Source of the DNA: Nostoc sp. DedSLP01 | Lineage (GTDB): Bacteria; Cyanobacteriota; Cyanobacteriia; Cyanobacteriales; Nostocaceae | Direction of reading: 5' to 3' | Length of the DNA stretch: 64,000 nt | Assembly (NCBI GenBank): GCA_034530875.2 | Contig: JAVRCJ020000008.1 | Location: forward strand, 160,001 to 224,000 | In this document: positions 1 through 10,446 of the stretch, in pieces | Numbering within the stretch: the first letter of the stretch is position 1 | Layout of the letters: each line of letters opens with the position of its first letter | Notes under the pieces: model-generated | What the model saw: the letters and a program-made list of their open reading frames with translations, nothing else | Databases searched by the model: none | Told to the model about the DNA's origin: nothing | Program-made: the position numbers and the translations under genes

Positions 1-416
1 GATCACTGTTTTTAGGTTGCCCTTGGTAATTTTGCCGGTGCCTCCAATCAGGAAAGAGAGATGTTTCGGTTTAATGGCATCCCCACCAGGAATGATGGTT
101 GAGAGATGCCCATAAAAATTTTTTAAATAAAAGATTTTTATGGTCACCCTTGACGCCGAACTGCGCCTGAGCGCTACCAGGTTGCCATTTTGTAGTTTTT
201 TGGTTTGCTGATTCTGAGTCTTCCACAACACAATCGAGTACATTTTGTTCTGGGAGTCTTGCCCAGCCCTTCTTTATTATGGAAGAGCCGAATGCTTTCT
301 ACACCCATCTACTATTTTGGCACTAACCCTCACGTTCGACAGCGGATGTGAAAAAAGCGCGACTAGTTCGGCTTTGGCACAATGTTTCTGCTGATGACGC
401 TACTAAGTTGTTCCAA

Positions 417-689
417 CTAATAAATTTGATTTTGGGTATTACTGGCGGCTAGACGTTGCGACAAGCTTTGATACAGTGTTTCTGGCACTGATGCATGTAG
501 CGATCGCCCTAGTCGATTTTTCTTTTGAGCTGCTTGTAAGCAACTCGCTTGCGGACAAATATAGGCAGAACGCCCCATGCCCCGATCTAATTGTACCGTT
601 CCCGAAGGAAAGACGCGTACAATCCGCCAAAACTCTTCTTTTAAACCTAGTTTGCGGCAGCTAATACAGCGCCGATAATTTGGTTTCAT
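417..689 (-). CDS. ylxR: YlxR/DUF448 family RNA-binding protein
   Basis: RRCISCR and GRSAYIC motifs; sits downstream of nusA in the rimP-nusA-ylxR-(infB) operon. Confidence 0.9.
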   Translation of the reverse strand: MKPNYRRCISCRKLGLKEEFWRIVRVFPSGTVQLDRGMGRSAYICPQASCLQAAQKKNRLGRSLHASVPETLYQSLSQRLAASNTQNQIY

Positions 690-838
690 GGGTTTTGCTT
701 GGATCTCAGCTCAGCATTTTGGGTGTAGAAAAAAGTTCCTGATGACTATTTTTTAGTTATACCAACTCATCTTGACGAAAAAAATCCTTGAGATTGTGGT
801 TAAGATCGACAGTAACAAAATTTTACAATTTTAATAAT

Positions 839-2131
839 TTATTCATCATCCTCAGCATCAAAATTATCATCATCTAATTCTTCCAATTCGTCTCGATCTT
901 CGGCTTCTAATTCCTCAAAATCAAGATCGTCTTCTTCTTCCTCTTGCTCTGATTGATATTTGGCTCTAGAAGCTAGAAATTTCGCATCTTCTCCAGCATG
1001 GTCATACTTAGCTTTGTCTTTGATGTCAATTTTCCAGCCTGTCAACCGGGCTGCCAAACGGACATTTTGTCCTTCTTTGCCAATGGCCAAACTGAGTTGA
1101 TCTTCAGCTACTAGTACGTGAGTTTGGCGAGTTTCTGGATCCATAAGTCGGACTTCATCTACTCGTGCTGGACTCAAGGCATTGGCAATATATGTTGCTG
1201 GGTCTGGCGACCAACGAATTACATCTATTTTTTCACCGCGTAATTCGTTGACTACTACTTGAATTCGCGAACCCCTAGCTCCGATACATGCACCAACTGG
1301 GTCTACATCGCGATCGAGAGTATCTACTGCTATTTTAGTCCGGGGGCCTACATAACGGGATGGGGGGTTTGCCTCCCTTGCTACGGCAACAATCCGTACT
1401 ACTTCATCTTCGATTTCTGGTACTTCATTGGCAAACAGATAAACTACCAAACCAGCATCGGCTCTCGATACTAGTAACTGTGGTCCCCGCTGCTGACCTT
1501 GGGAAACTTTTTTGAGATATACCTTGAAAGTGGCATTAGCTCGATAGTTATCATTGGGCAGCTGTTCCCGCTTTGGTAATTCGGCTTCCACTTCTGGCTG
1601 ACCAAAGCCACTGCTAACTGCCAAAATTACTGATTGACGTTCAAACCGCAGCACTCTTGCTTGCAGGACGGTTCCTTCTAAGTCTTGAAACTCTTCTTGC
1701 ACCATCTGGCGCTGCTGATCCCGGAGTTTTTGCGCTAGTACTTGCTTGGTCTGCATAGCTGCCATGCGACCGAATTCTCCTTGGTCTGGTGTCACATCTA
1801 ACACCACTGAGTCGCCTAATTGGGCCTCGGGAGCTACTAGTTGAACTTCGTCTAAAGAAATTTGATGATCGCTATTGCTGACTTCTTCGACGATAGTTTT
1901 AGTGGAAAGAACGCGAAATCCTTCTCCTTCAATATCCAGTTCTACTTCAAAATTATCAAAATAATCTTCGTCGAACTGCTTGCGTTCTAAATTTTGGGCG
2001 CGACGGTAACGTTCGTAGCCTTTAAGTAGTGCTTCTCTAATAGCTGATTGAACTGCAAGACGAGGTAAATTACGCTCGCGACTGATACTTTCAATTAATT
2101 CTTTTAATCCACTTAAAGTAACCATTGACAT
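839..2131 (-). CDS. nusA: Transcription termination/antitermination factor NusA
   Basis: FGRMAAMQTKQV, DPVGACIGARGSRI and LAIGKEGQNVRLAARLTGWKIDI motifs; AAGGAG RBS before ATG at 2131. Confidence 0.97.
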   Translation of the reverse strand: MSMVTLSGLKELIESISRERNLPRLAVQSAIREALLKGYERYRRAQNLERKQFDEDYFDNFEVELDIEGEGFRVLSTKTIVEEVSNSDHQISLDEVQLVAPEAQLGDSVVLDVTPDQGEFGRMAAMQTKQVLAQKLRDQQRQMVQEEFQDLEGTVLQARVLRFERQSVILAVSSGFGQPEVEAELPKREQLPNDNYRANATFKVYLKKVSQGQQRGPQLLVSRADAGLVVYLFANEVPEIEDEVVRIVAVAREANPPSRYVGPRTKIAVDTLDRDVDPVGACIGARGSRIQVVVNELRGEKIDVIRWSPDPATYIANALSPARVDEVRLMDPETRQTHVLVAEDQLSLAIGKEGQNVRLAARLTGWKIDIKDKAKYDHAGEDAKFLASRAKYQSEQEEEEDDLDFEELEAEDRDELEELDDDNFDAEDDE

Positions 2132-2151
2132 AAGCAATCTCCTTGAAAATT

Positions 2152-2350
2152 AGGGACTAGGGATTGGGGACTGGGGCATGGGACATGGGGCATGGGACAT
2201 GGGGCATGGGGCACGGACAGAGACATAGGGGTACAGGGGAAAGATTGACTGCAACTTTCCCTCTGCTCCTGAAGCCTTTTTGCTGCTGAAGCTCCCCCAG
2301 TCCCTAGTCCCTAGTCTCCAGTACCGAGTCTCCAGTACCTAATCCCTAGC
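2152..2350. repeat. STRR-type heptamer tandem repeats (GGGGACT/GGGGCAT and CCCCAGT/CCCTAGT arms)
   Basis: G-rich heptamers followed by complementary C-rich heptamers in the rimP-nusA spacer. Confidence 0.85.
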
Positions 2351-2364
2351 ATCTAGTCACTCAT

Positions 2365-2826
2365 TTATCGGCGCTCATCTAGCTGCACCCTAGTAATTAG
2401 CGAGCGCTGAATTTCAACTACACGACCTTTTTGGTTTAAGTAAACTGCTGTTTCATCCCGGCGAATCAACTGGCCAGTCCACTCTTGTTGTCCCTCGTAG
2501 GGTGGGGAAGTGGAGACAATGACAGGAAATCCTTTAAAGGAAATAAATTCCCTGTCGGTGACCAATTGCCGCGAAATACCAGGACTGGACACTTCCAAGA
2601 CATAAGCATCTGGAAAGATTTCCGCAGCATCTAAGGAGGTTTCTAAAGCACGGCTCATCCTCTCACAATCATTTAAGCCAGTGTCTTCCTGAGGATTACG
2701 GATGTCTACCCGCAAAACTGGTGGACTTTGGTTAGTGTGAAAAACTACACCAACTAATTCCAATCCCAATTCTTCTGCCACTGGTGTTGCCAAATCAATA
2801 ATTTTTGGTACTAAGGGATGAGCCAT
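2365..2826 (-). CDS. rimP: Ribosome maturation factor RimP
   Basis: [10 protein letters not shown] and [14 protein letters not shown] motifs; likely start MAHPLVPK at 2826 rather than 2907. Confidence 0.93.
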   Translation of the reverse strand: MAHPLVPKIIDLATPVAEELGLELVGVVFHTNQSPPVLRVDIRNPQEDTGLNDCERMSRALETSLDAAEIFPDAYVLEVSSPGISRQLVTDREFISFKGFPVIVSTSPPYEGQQEWTGQLIRRDETAVYLNQKGRVVEIQRSLITRVQLDERR

Positions 2827-2838
2827 GAGAAAATTCAA

Positions 2839-2866
2839 TAAAAAAAGTGGGCTTTGACCCACTTCC
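2839..2866 (-). terminator. rimP leader hairpin with U-tract (possible attenuator)
   Basis: Minus strand reads AAGTGGG-TCAAAG-CCCACTT-TTTTT just upstream of the rimP start. Confidence 0.6.
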
Positions 2867-2968
2867 TGCGATAGGGATATCTTCCAAGAAGTCTTGTGAC
2901 AAACCAATGGTGGTTTGTCCTAATTCGAGTTTAGCGCATTTCTTTTATAGTGGGGCATTGGCCAAACA

Positions 2969-3062
2969 GGGAGTGTGGGAGGTGTGGGGAGATGGGGAAG
3001 AAATCTTTCCCCCCACACTCCCCATCTCCCCATCTCCCCATCTCCCCATCTCCTCATCTCTA
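2969..3062 (+). repeat. Composite G-rich/C-rich repeat with GGGGAAGAAATCTTTCCCC core (copy 1 of 7)
   Basis: Same core recurs near 6817, 23728, 24301, 26924, 46861 and 60611. Confidence 0.85.
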
Positions 3063-4502
3063 TCATCTCCCTGGAAGAGTAGTGCTTTTATCGATGACTG
3101 CTGGAACTGATACCTGCGTTCTTAGTTGCCTGGTTTGCTCGATAATTTGGTCGATATCTTCTTGGGATAGACGCTGGACGTAGTTGAGTTTGATTTCTTC
3201 TAAGAAGTCAAAAAGTAAACTTTCAATCTGTGTCAGCAAATGTTTTTCTTTGATTTGTCCTGTCAAGGCATCGCTGAAACTTTGTACTAGTTGGCTGGCG
3301 AGTTTTGCGCCAACAGGGTCTTCAACAGCGCTAACTACAGTTTTGTAAAGGTTGGTTGTGATTTGGGTTGCTAGTTGTTCGCTGAACTGGGTTTGGGCTT
3401 GTCCAACACCGGGCAGACTTTGGAGATTGCGGTAGATGGGAACTTGAAGGATGACGGTATCGATGTTGTGACGCAAAATGGCAACGATCGCAGGCTCGAT
3501 TTCCGGTAGCACTTGATAGACAATTGTTTTGACTAAAAGACCTGCGATCGCTTCTATCTCGTTGACATTATTAATATCTATATAAGAGCGCACATTTTCT
3601 TGTTGCGACAGCCATCGGACTATTTCACCCCGCTTAATTGAACCTTGAACCTGGTTAATTACTCTCACCACTACAATTTCTGTTAGTTCTTCAGCAAAAT
3701 TGGCGACGATTCCCTGATTAATTTGTCGGCGTACTGTATACAAACTTAATATCTGTGCTTGGTCGAGGCGAACTAATACGGGTATGATTCGGAACCATTG
3801 CCAAAATGGTAATAATAAAAACAGGTCGTACCAACGCCATAAAAGTGCTTCTAACCAGCCCAAACCAGGATGTCGGCGTTTGATTAAGAAAGTACGCCCG
3901 AGCAATTCTAGGGCAAATAAAGCTATAAAAGCTGAGTCAATAATCAAGAAATTATCCATAAATTCGCCACTTTCCCCAATTCGACGGTAGTAGTTGGTGG
4001 CAATCAAAGGGCGGATTCTCTGGTTGAAAAAATTAATTTCTTTGGCCCAGCCGTTTTGGGTTAAGTATGGTTGACTCCAAAAAATGGCAAAGGATTCTTT
4101 TGCCGATTCTTTGTTGATGCGATCGCGCATCCGATTTTTGATTTTTTCTAAGGTACCACTCTTATTGGCTCCCGCAAATGGGTTGGTATCAATCATCTCC
4201 TTGCTCAGACGATTGATTTCTTCTAAAGAGCTTTTGACTTCAGGCGATTGTAACCCTGTTTGGTTGACTTGTTCTTGTAATGCGTCTAGCGTTTCCAGAT
4301 ACTTTTTGGTGTCTCGATGCGGCTCTATACCTTTAATTGGGTCATAAATTTGCACAATTTGGGGAAGTTTTTGTAAGTACCAATCGCGCCAAGATACGTA
4401 ACTTAAATCAAACAAAACTAAACACAAATTCACTGTGGCGATCGCGGCCATCAGTCTTTCAAACACAAGATTCCGCGGCTGAAAATTATTTATACTTTTC
4501 AT
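3063..4502 (-). CDS. Hypothetical membrane protein
   Basis: 479-aa ORF with N-terminal and central hydrophobic segments and a helical C-terminal half. Confidence 0.75.
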   Translation of the reverse strand: MKSINNFQPRNLVFERLMAAIATVNLCLVLFDLSYVSWRDWYLQKLPQIVQIYDPIKGIEPHRDTKKYLETLDALQEQVNQTGLQSPEVKSSLEEINRLSKEMIDTNPFAGANKSGTLEKIKNRMRDRINKESAKESFAIFWSQPYLTQNGWAKEINFFNQRIRPLIATNYYRRIGESGEFMDNFLIIDSAFIALFALELLGRTFLIKRRHPGLGWLEALLWRWYDLFLLLPFWQWFRIIPVLVRLDQAQILSLYTVRRQINQGIVANFAEELTEIVVVRVINQVQGSIKRGEIVRWLSQQENVRSYIDINNVNEIEAIAGLLVKTIVYQVLPEIEPAIVAILRHNIDTVILQVPIYRNLQSLPGVGQAQTQFSEQLATQITTNLYKTVVSAVEDPVGAKLASQLVQSFSDALTGQIKEKHLLTQIESLLFDFLEEIKLNYVQRLSQEDIDQIIEQTRQLRTQVSVPAVIDKSTTLPGR

Positions 4503-4781
4503 TTTTTTGTTTAAAGTTATACATTTTCCCTGATTTTTAACATTAACTCTCTGAATTATTAACTACCAGGTTTCAATCGTAAATTACCTTTCGCTACTAT
4601 AAGATACTCCTTGTGGTGGATGACACAAATTAGTATTTGTAATTCAAGTTAAGTTTGACAAATATAAATTAAAAATTTTTCAAAAATAATTAAATAATCG
4701 CGAAAAAAGTTATTAAAGAAACTTAAAATGCAGCTGTTAACCTCTATAATCCTGCTGATTTAACCCGAAGGAGTTTTCATT

Positions 4782-5441
4782 ATGTGGTGTGGGTTTGGAA
4801 AATCAAGCGCGACTTTTGCTGCTACCTGCTTGTTAACTGCTAGCATAGTAGTTGTAGACACAGGTTTTGCAGCTCCTCAACGTAGTTATACGCCACAGCA
4901 ATTTCGGGCTGTGTTGCGGGGATTAGGCTACAACGTCAAGGTAGTAAATACGCCATTGACAGACGAAGAAACTAAAAAAGCAATTCGTGAATTTCAAACT
5001 GGGTATAGGCTAAAACCAGTGGATGGGATAGCAGGGCCAAAAACGCAAGAATTTGCTGCTAACATCATTAGAATTTTGCAAGGAAATTTGAACACCGTGG
5101 TGAAGCCGAATCCTCCGCTTCCCCGCGATCGCTTTTATGGCCCTCAAACCGAAGCAGCGGTGAAGGAATACCAAAAGAAAAATCAGTTGCAAGAAACTGG
5201 AATTGCTAATTTAGCACTCCGGCAAAAGCTGGATGCAGAAGCAAAGGCACTTGCAGGTCAGTCTGCTCCTAAGCCATCACCAACAGCTAAACCAACAGCT
5301 AAACCAACCCCTACACCGAGAACTGCGCCGACACCTACGCCAACTCCCACATCAACTGCTACGCCATCACCGACGCCAACGGCTACACCGACGGCTACAC
5401 CAACTGCTACGCCATCACCGACACCGACGACTACACCTTAA
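4782..5441 (+). CDS. Secreted peptidoglycan-binding domain protein with Pro/Thr-rich tail
   Basis: Signal peptide; two PG_binding_1-like motifs (AIREFQ..VDGIAGPKT and YGPQTEAAVKEYQ..TGIA); PTPT tail; GGAG RBS. Confidence 0.85.
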   Translation: MWCGFGKSSATFAATCLLTASIVVVDTGFAAPQRSYTPQQFRAVLRGLGYNVKVVNTPLTDEETKKAIREFQTGYRLKPVDGIAGPKTQEFAANIIRILQGNLNTVVKPNPPLPRDRFYGPQTEAAVKEYQKKNQLQETGIANLALRQKLDAEAKALAGQSAPKPSPTAKPTAKPTPTPRTAPTPTPTPTSTATPSPTPTATPTATPTATPSPTPTTTP

Positions 5442-5749
5442 TTCTTACCTCAAAGCCTGAATTCAAGATTGCTTGTAGTTCTTAGTTTGTAACAGGTTCT
5501 ACACTACCCTTTCGGTAGGTGTAGGCTTCTCAATCGGTTAAGAGACTGCTTAAAAAAGTGGGGTAAAGGGGAAAAGCAAGATTTCTTGTTTTCCCTTTAC
5601 CCCTGTTCTTTCCTTTTTCGGCTCTTGCAAAAAGTTATACCAATTAAAAAAGAATGCGACAGATACACAACTTCAAAACCTTGTGATATCTAGTTTTTTG
5701 AATTTTGAATTTTGAATTGGTATTACTTGCTTTGTCCTTGAATTCAGAA

Positions 5750-6655
5750 TTACGAATTACTGGGTTCTTCTAAAGGTCTACCTTTCGGTACAGGTAAAGC
5801 TGGACTACGGTCATTGTAAGGCATTGGAATGTACTGGACAGTGGGTCGCCCTCCTTGTGGCTGTGGGTACAAATCCATTAGGTCGTAAATAGAATGGGGC
5901 AGTCCAACGGTTATGGGCAGCCCCATTTCTGTTGCTTCTTCAACAGTGATGGGATAATCGTGGGTGACGCGCCCAGTTGTTAAGGCTTCGATAATTGATT
6001 CGATATTTTCTGGCTGAACTTTTTGTTTGGGTATAGTGTCCTTGAGCAGAGTCCGCACAAAGCGCTGTACTTGCTGTATTGCTTTGCGTGCCAGGTCAGC
6101 CATAATTAGGGTTTGGTCGTCAATCTCGCTGATCGGTTTATCATCAACTACTTTGAGGATGCTAGCTGCTGGGTAGTTACCGAGTTGGGGATCGACTGGT
6201 CCTAAAACGGCGTTGGCGTCCATCACAATTTCATCAGAAGCCAGAGCCAGCATTGTACCGCCACTCATAGCGTAGTGGGGTACGAAGACTGTGACTTTTG
6301 CTTGATGGCGAATTAATGCTCTAGCAATTTGTTCTGTAGCTAATACCAAACCCCCGGGAGTGTGCAAAATTAAGTCAATTGGTACATCTGGGGGAGTAAG
6401 GCGAATTGCCCGCAATATCTGTTCTGAGTCTTCGATGGTAATGTAGCGAGATAAAGGAATTCCCAGAAAGCTGATGGACTCTTGGCGGTGGATTAGCAAA
6501 ATCACCCGACTTTTACGTTGCTGCTGGAATTCTTGTAAAGCACGCAAGCGTCGATATTCTACTTGGCGTTTTTGCCAAAGGGGTTGCAAAGAAGTAAGAA
6601 GCAGAAAAATCCAGAATAAATCACCAATACCAAAGCCCATAAGTTTATTTATCAT
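5750..6655 (-). CDS. SDH-family ClpP-fold serine protease (DUF114-like)
   Basis: LILHTPGG, YAMSGGTMLALA, LGPVDPQ and THDYPIT motifs. Confidence 0.85.
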   Translation of the reverse strand: MINKLMGFGIGDLFWIFLLLTSLQPLWQKRQVEYRRLRALQEFQQQRKSRVILLIHRQESISFLGIPLSRYITIEDSEQILRAIRLTPPDVPIDLILHTPGGLVLATEQIARALIRHQAKVTVFVPHYAMSGGTMLALASDEIVMDANAVLGPVDPQLGNYPAASILKVVDDKPISEIDDQTLIMADLARKAIQQVQRFVRTLLKDTIPKQKVQPENIESIIEALTTGRVTHDYPITVEEATEMGLPITVGLPHSIYDLMDLYPQPQGGRPTVQYIPMPYNDRSPALPVPKGRPLEEPSNS

Positions 6656-6889
6656 TCAACAATAATGGTTGTCGCCATTATTGTGACAAGTTTTAGGCGA
6701 TCGCAATTCTATCGGAAGCTAGAAGAGGTAGGGGGATGGGGAGGTGGGGAGATGAGGAGATGGGGAAGTGTGGGGAGTGTGGGGAGATGAGAAGATGGGG
6801 AAGTGTGGGGAGTGTGGGGGGAAAGATTTCTTCCCCATCCTCCCACACCTCCCTCTCCTCCCACACCTCCCACACCTCCCTCTCCTCCT

Positions 6890-8806
6890 TCACTTCCCTC
6901 GTCGCCAAATTTTGATAGTATCATCGTCACTGCTGCTGACTAAGGTTTGTCCATCAGGACTAAAAGCCACACATCTAACATAGCTAGAATGTCCAGCCAA
7001 CGTGCTGACTTCTCTTCCACTATTTAAATGCCATATTTTGATGGTGTTATCCCAGCTACCACTAGCGAGAAATTGCCTATCCCGGCTAAAGGCAATTGAC
7101 CAAACTGAATCAGCATGACCAGTGAGGGTGCGAATTTCTCTGCCTGTGTTTACATGCCAGAGTTTAATTGTGTTGTCACCACTACCGCTAGCAATCATTT
7201 CTCCATCATGGCTGAAGGCAATACAGTTAACGAAGAAGGTATGCCCTGTAAGCGTGTAAATGTTTTTCCCTGTGTATAGTTGCCATAGTTTGATGGTGCA
7301 GTCATTACTAGCACTAGCTATTAGCTGTCTGTCTTGATTTTTGGTGGTTGTAGCTGTTCTCGGAGAGTAGGCGACTGATGAAACTGGGTCAGAATGGCCT
7401 GCGAAAGTTTGGATTTCTATACCAGTGTTTACCTGCCAGAGTCTAATTGTACAGTCAGCACTACCACTAACTAAAAGTTTGCCATCTGGACTAAAGGCAA
7501 CGGAATTCACCCAGTTGCTATGGCCAGCGAGAGTACGAATTTCTTTACCTGTGTTGACATCCCACAATTTAATTGTGTTGTCCCAACTACCGCTAGCCAG
7601 GATGCACGAGTTGATATCTGTAGTGGCTCCTGTTTTACCGGACTCTCGTTGATAAGAAGAATTTAGAGAAATTGGGCTAAAGGCAAGGGAATTAATCATG
7701 TTGGAATGACCGGAAAACCAACGGCCCATTTGGCGCACTAGCTTACCAGTACTGAGTTGCCAAAGTTTGATGGTTCTGTCATTGCTACCACTAGCAAGAA
7801 ATTGTCCGTCTGGGCTAATGGCGATCGCATGAACCATACTAGAATGACCTTTAAGGGTATGCGTGCATTGCCAGTTCTGCCGATCCAATACAATAGGCCC
7901 CGTTGACTGTACAACAGGTGCAACCGATTGTCGTTTAGGCTTGTTCCCTAAGGGCAATGGTATTGTCGCTAAATCTTCCGCAGGATTGTATTCCAGTAGC
8001 TTCAACCACTCTTGCACGGACTGGGGACGATAAGTTGACTCCAGATCCATACCGCACATAATAGCTTGATTGACTCTGTTGCTGATGTTGGGATTAAAGT
8101 ATTGTGGTGGTTCTAAATTAACATTGTGGCGGCGATCGTCGGCGCTCGTCGGTACAACTCCTGTAAGCAAATTATACAAAGTAGCAGCTAGGGCATAGAT
8201 ATCAATGTATTCTCCTCGTGGTGCTTCTAATTCGTACTGTTCGGGTGGAGCAAAACCAGGGGTGCGATATACTGTATGCCTTTGAACTACATTAGGGACA
8301 AATTCTCTAGAAATGCCAAAGTCTATCAGCACCGCTTCTGATTTATCAAAACGAATCATGATGTTGCGCGGTTTAAGATCCCGATGCAGCAAGCCCTTAG
8401 AGTGAATCAGTGTCAAAGCACCACCAATTTGCCGGATATACAATAGTGCTTCTGTTTCTGATAGCACACCTACCCGCTTCAAACGTTGTCCTAAATCTTC
8501 ACCTTGGATGTACTCCATCACCATGCAAGGCGAATTTCCTTCATCAAAGACATTTTCTATCTGTACTATATGAGGATGGTGACACACAGCCAGCCGAACT
8601 GCTTCATCACGGAAGTCTTGCCGTAATTTATTTCGGTGGAGTATCCAAGCGGGGTGATTCAAAATTTCTTCTTTGAGGGTTTTAATTACTCGCAGTTGAT
8701 TTTGTTGATTTCTGGCAAGATAAGTAATGCCAATTCCACCTTCGCCTAGTTGGCTTTCAATAATGTAGCGCCCTCCAAATAAAGACTTTCCTGGATTCCA
8801 CACCAT
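6890..8806 (-). CDS. Ser/Thr protein kinase with C-terminal WD40 propeller
   Basis: GEGGIG, HRDLKPRN, DFG and APPE motifs; about 7 GH...WD-type repeats. Confidence 0.93.
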   Translation of the reverse strand: MVWNPGKSLFGGRYIIESQLGEGGIGITYLARNQQNQLRVIKTLKEEILNHPAWILHRNKLRQDFRDEAVRLAVCHHPHIVQIENVFDEGNSPCMVMEYIQGEDLGQRLKRVGVLSETEALLYIRQIGGALTLIHSKGLLHRDLKPRNIMIRFDKSEAVLIDFGISREFVPNVVQRHTVYRTPGFAPPEQYELEAPRGEYIDIYALAATLYNLLTGVVPTSADDRRHNVNLEPPQYFNPNISNRVNQAIMCGMDLESTYRPQSVQEWLKLLEYNPAEDLATIPLPLGNKPKRQSVAPVVQSTGPIVLDRQNWQCTHTLKGHSSMVHAIAISPDGQFLASGSNDRTIKLWQLSTGKLVRQMGRWFSGHSNMINSLAFSPISLNSSYQRESGKTGATTDINSCILASGSWDNTIKLWDVNTGKEIRTLAGHSNWVNSVAFSPDGKLLVSGSADCTIRLWQVNTGIEIQTFAGHSDPVSSVAYSPRTATTTKNQDRQLIASASNDCTIKLWQLYTGKNIYTLTGHTFFVNCIAFSHDGEMIASGSGDNTIKLWHVNTGREIRTLTGHADSVWSIAFSRDRQFLASGSWDNTIKIWHLNSGREVSTLAGHSSYVRCVAFSPDGQTLVSSSDDDTIKIWRRGK

Positions 8807-9003
8807 TAGTAATATTTGAGGTTTTCTGGTATTTATTTTGGCACGGTATCAGAACAGCCAATACGAATTTTTGGGAATTCCATTGTAATTGCTGTTGTAG
8901 TTTTCTAGAAGTTAATTAGTTAGATTGCATTTTCATTCACCTCAATAGTTACTATTAATTAAATACTATAAAGTTGGATATACACTTATAGTTTTAGCTA
9001 AAC

Positions 9004-9193
9004 TAGGACTTAGGCACTGTACAGATTAACCATAATGTGAATTTATGATATTTGGGCGTTTCAGCTGCTTCGCATAACTGCGATCGACTTCCTTTTTTTG
9101 CGTAGGCGTACCCCGTCGTAGACATCACTCGGTCTTAAACATCGCTGAAATACTTAAATCCCGTGTACTACTTATGTACGATGTGTAAGTCTA
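9004..9193. mobile_element. MITE-like element with imperfect terminal inverted repeats
   Basis: TAGGACTTAGGCA at the left end and TGTGTAAGTCTA at the right end; contains a degenerate small dispersed repeat near 9100. Confidence 0.45.
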
Positions 9194-9301
9194 TAATTAT
9201 GCTTTTCCTGCAAAATATAAAATTGATTGCTCGTGCTAGAGTAAACGATGACTTTAGCCATATTTGCTCATAATAATTTGACTTGTAGGTAATCTAAAAT
9301 T

Positions 9302-10210
9302 ATGCTAAAGAACCTAAATTTGAAACAAAAATTTACAATTCTGTTACTGGTGATTTTGACATTTGGCTTGAGTCTAAGTGGATTTGCTCTTTCTTCTCTG
9401 TTAAGAGAGAATGCCAAACAAGATATTAGCTCAACAGCTCTGATGCTGATGCAAACTATGAGTTCCGTTCGCAAATACACCAGTACTCAAGTCAATCCAG
9501 AGTTAGCTGATAAATTAGCAACAGAGTTTTTGCCGCAAAGCGTACCTGCATACTCAGCACGCGAAGTATTTGAAATTTTACGGAAAACGCCAGACTACCG
9601 TGACTTCTTTTATAAAGAAGCTACTCTTAATCCCACTAATCTGCGAGATAAAGCAGATGGTTTTGAGACAGAAATTGTTGAAAAGTTCAGAAATAAATCA
9701 GACTTAAAAGAAGTCAGTGGATTTCGCTCGATTCCTGGTGGAGATATCTTTTATATTGCTCGTCCTTTACCGATTTCTGAAGAAAGCTGCTTGAAGTGTC
9801 ATAGCGTACCTGAAGCTGCACCTCCAAGTATGATTACCCTTTATGGTACAGCTAATGGATTTGGATGGAAACTGAATGAAATTGTTGGCGCTCAAATTAT
9901 ATCCGTACCAGCAAACAACGTTATTAACAAAGCCAATCAATCTTCGTTACTCATTGTGTTAATTGTATCCACTATTTTTATCGCAACTATTCTGTTAGTT
10001 AACTTTTTCTTGAACCGACAAGTTGTGATTCCTCTAAAACGCATGACTCGCATTGCAGAGGAAGTGAGTACCGGACACATGGAAGTGGAATTTGAGCAGA
10101 TGTCTAATGATGAAATTGGTAATCTAGCGAGGGCTTTTAAACGGATGCAACTAAGTTTAGAAATGGCAATGAAACGAATCAAACGCACTCATGGAGGTAC
10201 AGGAGATTAA
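9302..10210 (+). CDS. Membrane sensor: DUF3365/Tll0287-like heme-c domain plus HAMP, no output domain
   Basis: Two TM segments; KEATLNPTN, CLKCH heme-binding motif, GFGWKLNEIVGA; HAMP motif DEIGNLARAFKRM at the C-terminus. Confidence 0.85.
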   Translation: MLKNLNLKQKFTILLLVILTFGLSLSGFALSSLLRENAKQDISSTALMLMQTMSSVRKYTSTQVNPELADKLATEFLPQSVPAYSAREVFEILRKTPDYRDFFYKEATLNPTNLRDKADGFETEIVEKFRNKSDLKEVSGFRSIPGGDIFYIARPLPISEESCLKCHSVPEAAPPSMITLYGTANGFGWKLNEIVGAQIISVPANNVINKANQSSLLIVLIVSTIFIATILLVNFFLNRQVVIPLKRMTRIAEEVSTGHMEVEFEQMSNDEIGNLARAFKRMQLSLEMAMKRIKRTHGGTGD

Positions 10211-10386
10211 CCTATATTTTGAGAAATATACTTTCAAGGAATATAGGGTAAAAAAGTTGAATTCCCGATGTTTTTTTCATCTATAGGGTGTGGCAAACTC
10301 TGCCATTAAGGTGTTTTCAAAAAACATAGTGGGAAATCACGAAAGGGATCGAATTACTGATGTTTTTTGCATTCATAAGTTGGTGG

Positions 10387-10425
10387 GAGTGCCAACAGTG
10401 CGGTTACTTTTAAGAATTGGCACTC
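10387..10425. terminator. Hairpin between convergent genes
   Basis: GAGTGCCAA...TTGGCACTC inverted repeat. Confidence 0.45.
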
Positions 10426-10446
10426 AATTAGTCATATCTTAAATTC

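Noticed and set aside
1..416. infB coding sequence
   Set aside because: Expected downstream of ylxR, but no IF-2 start is recognisable here; it probably begins outside the window
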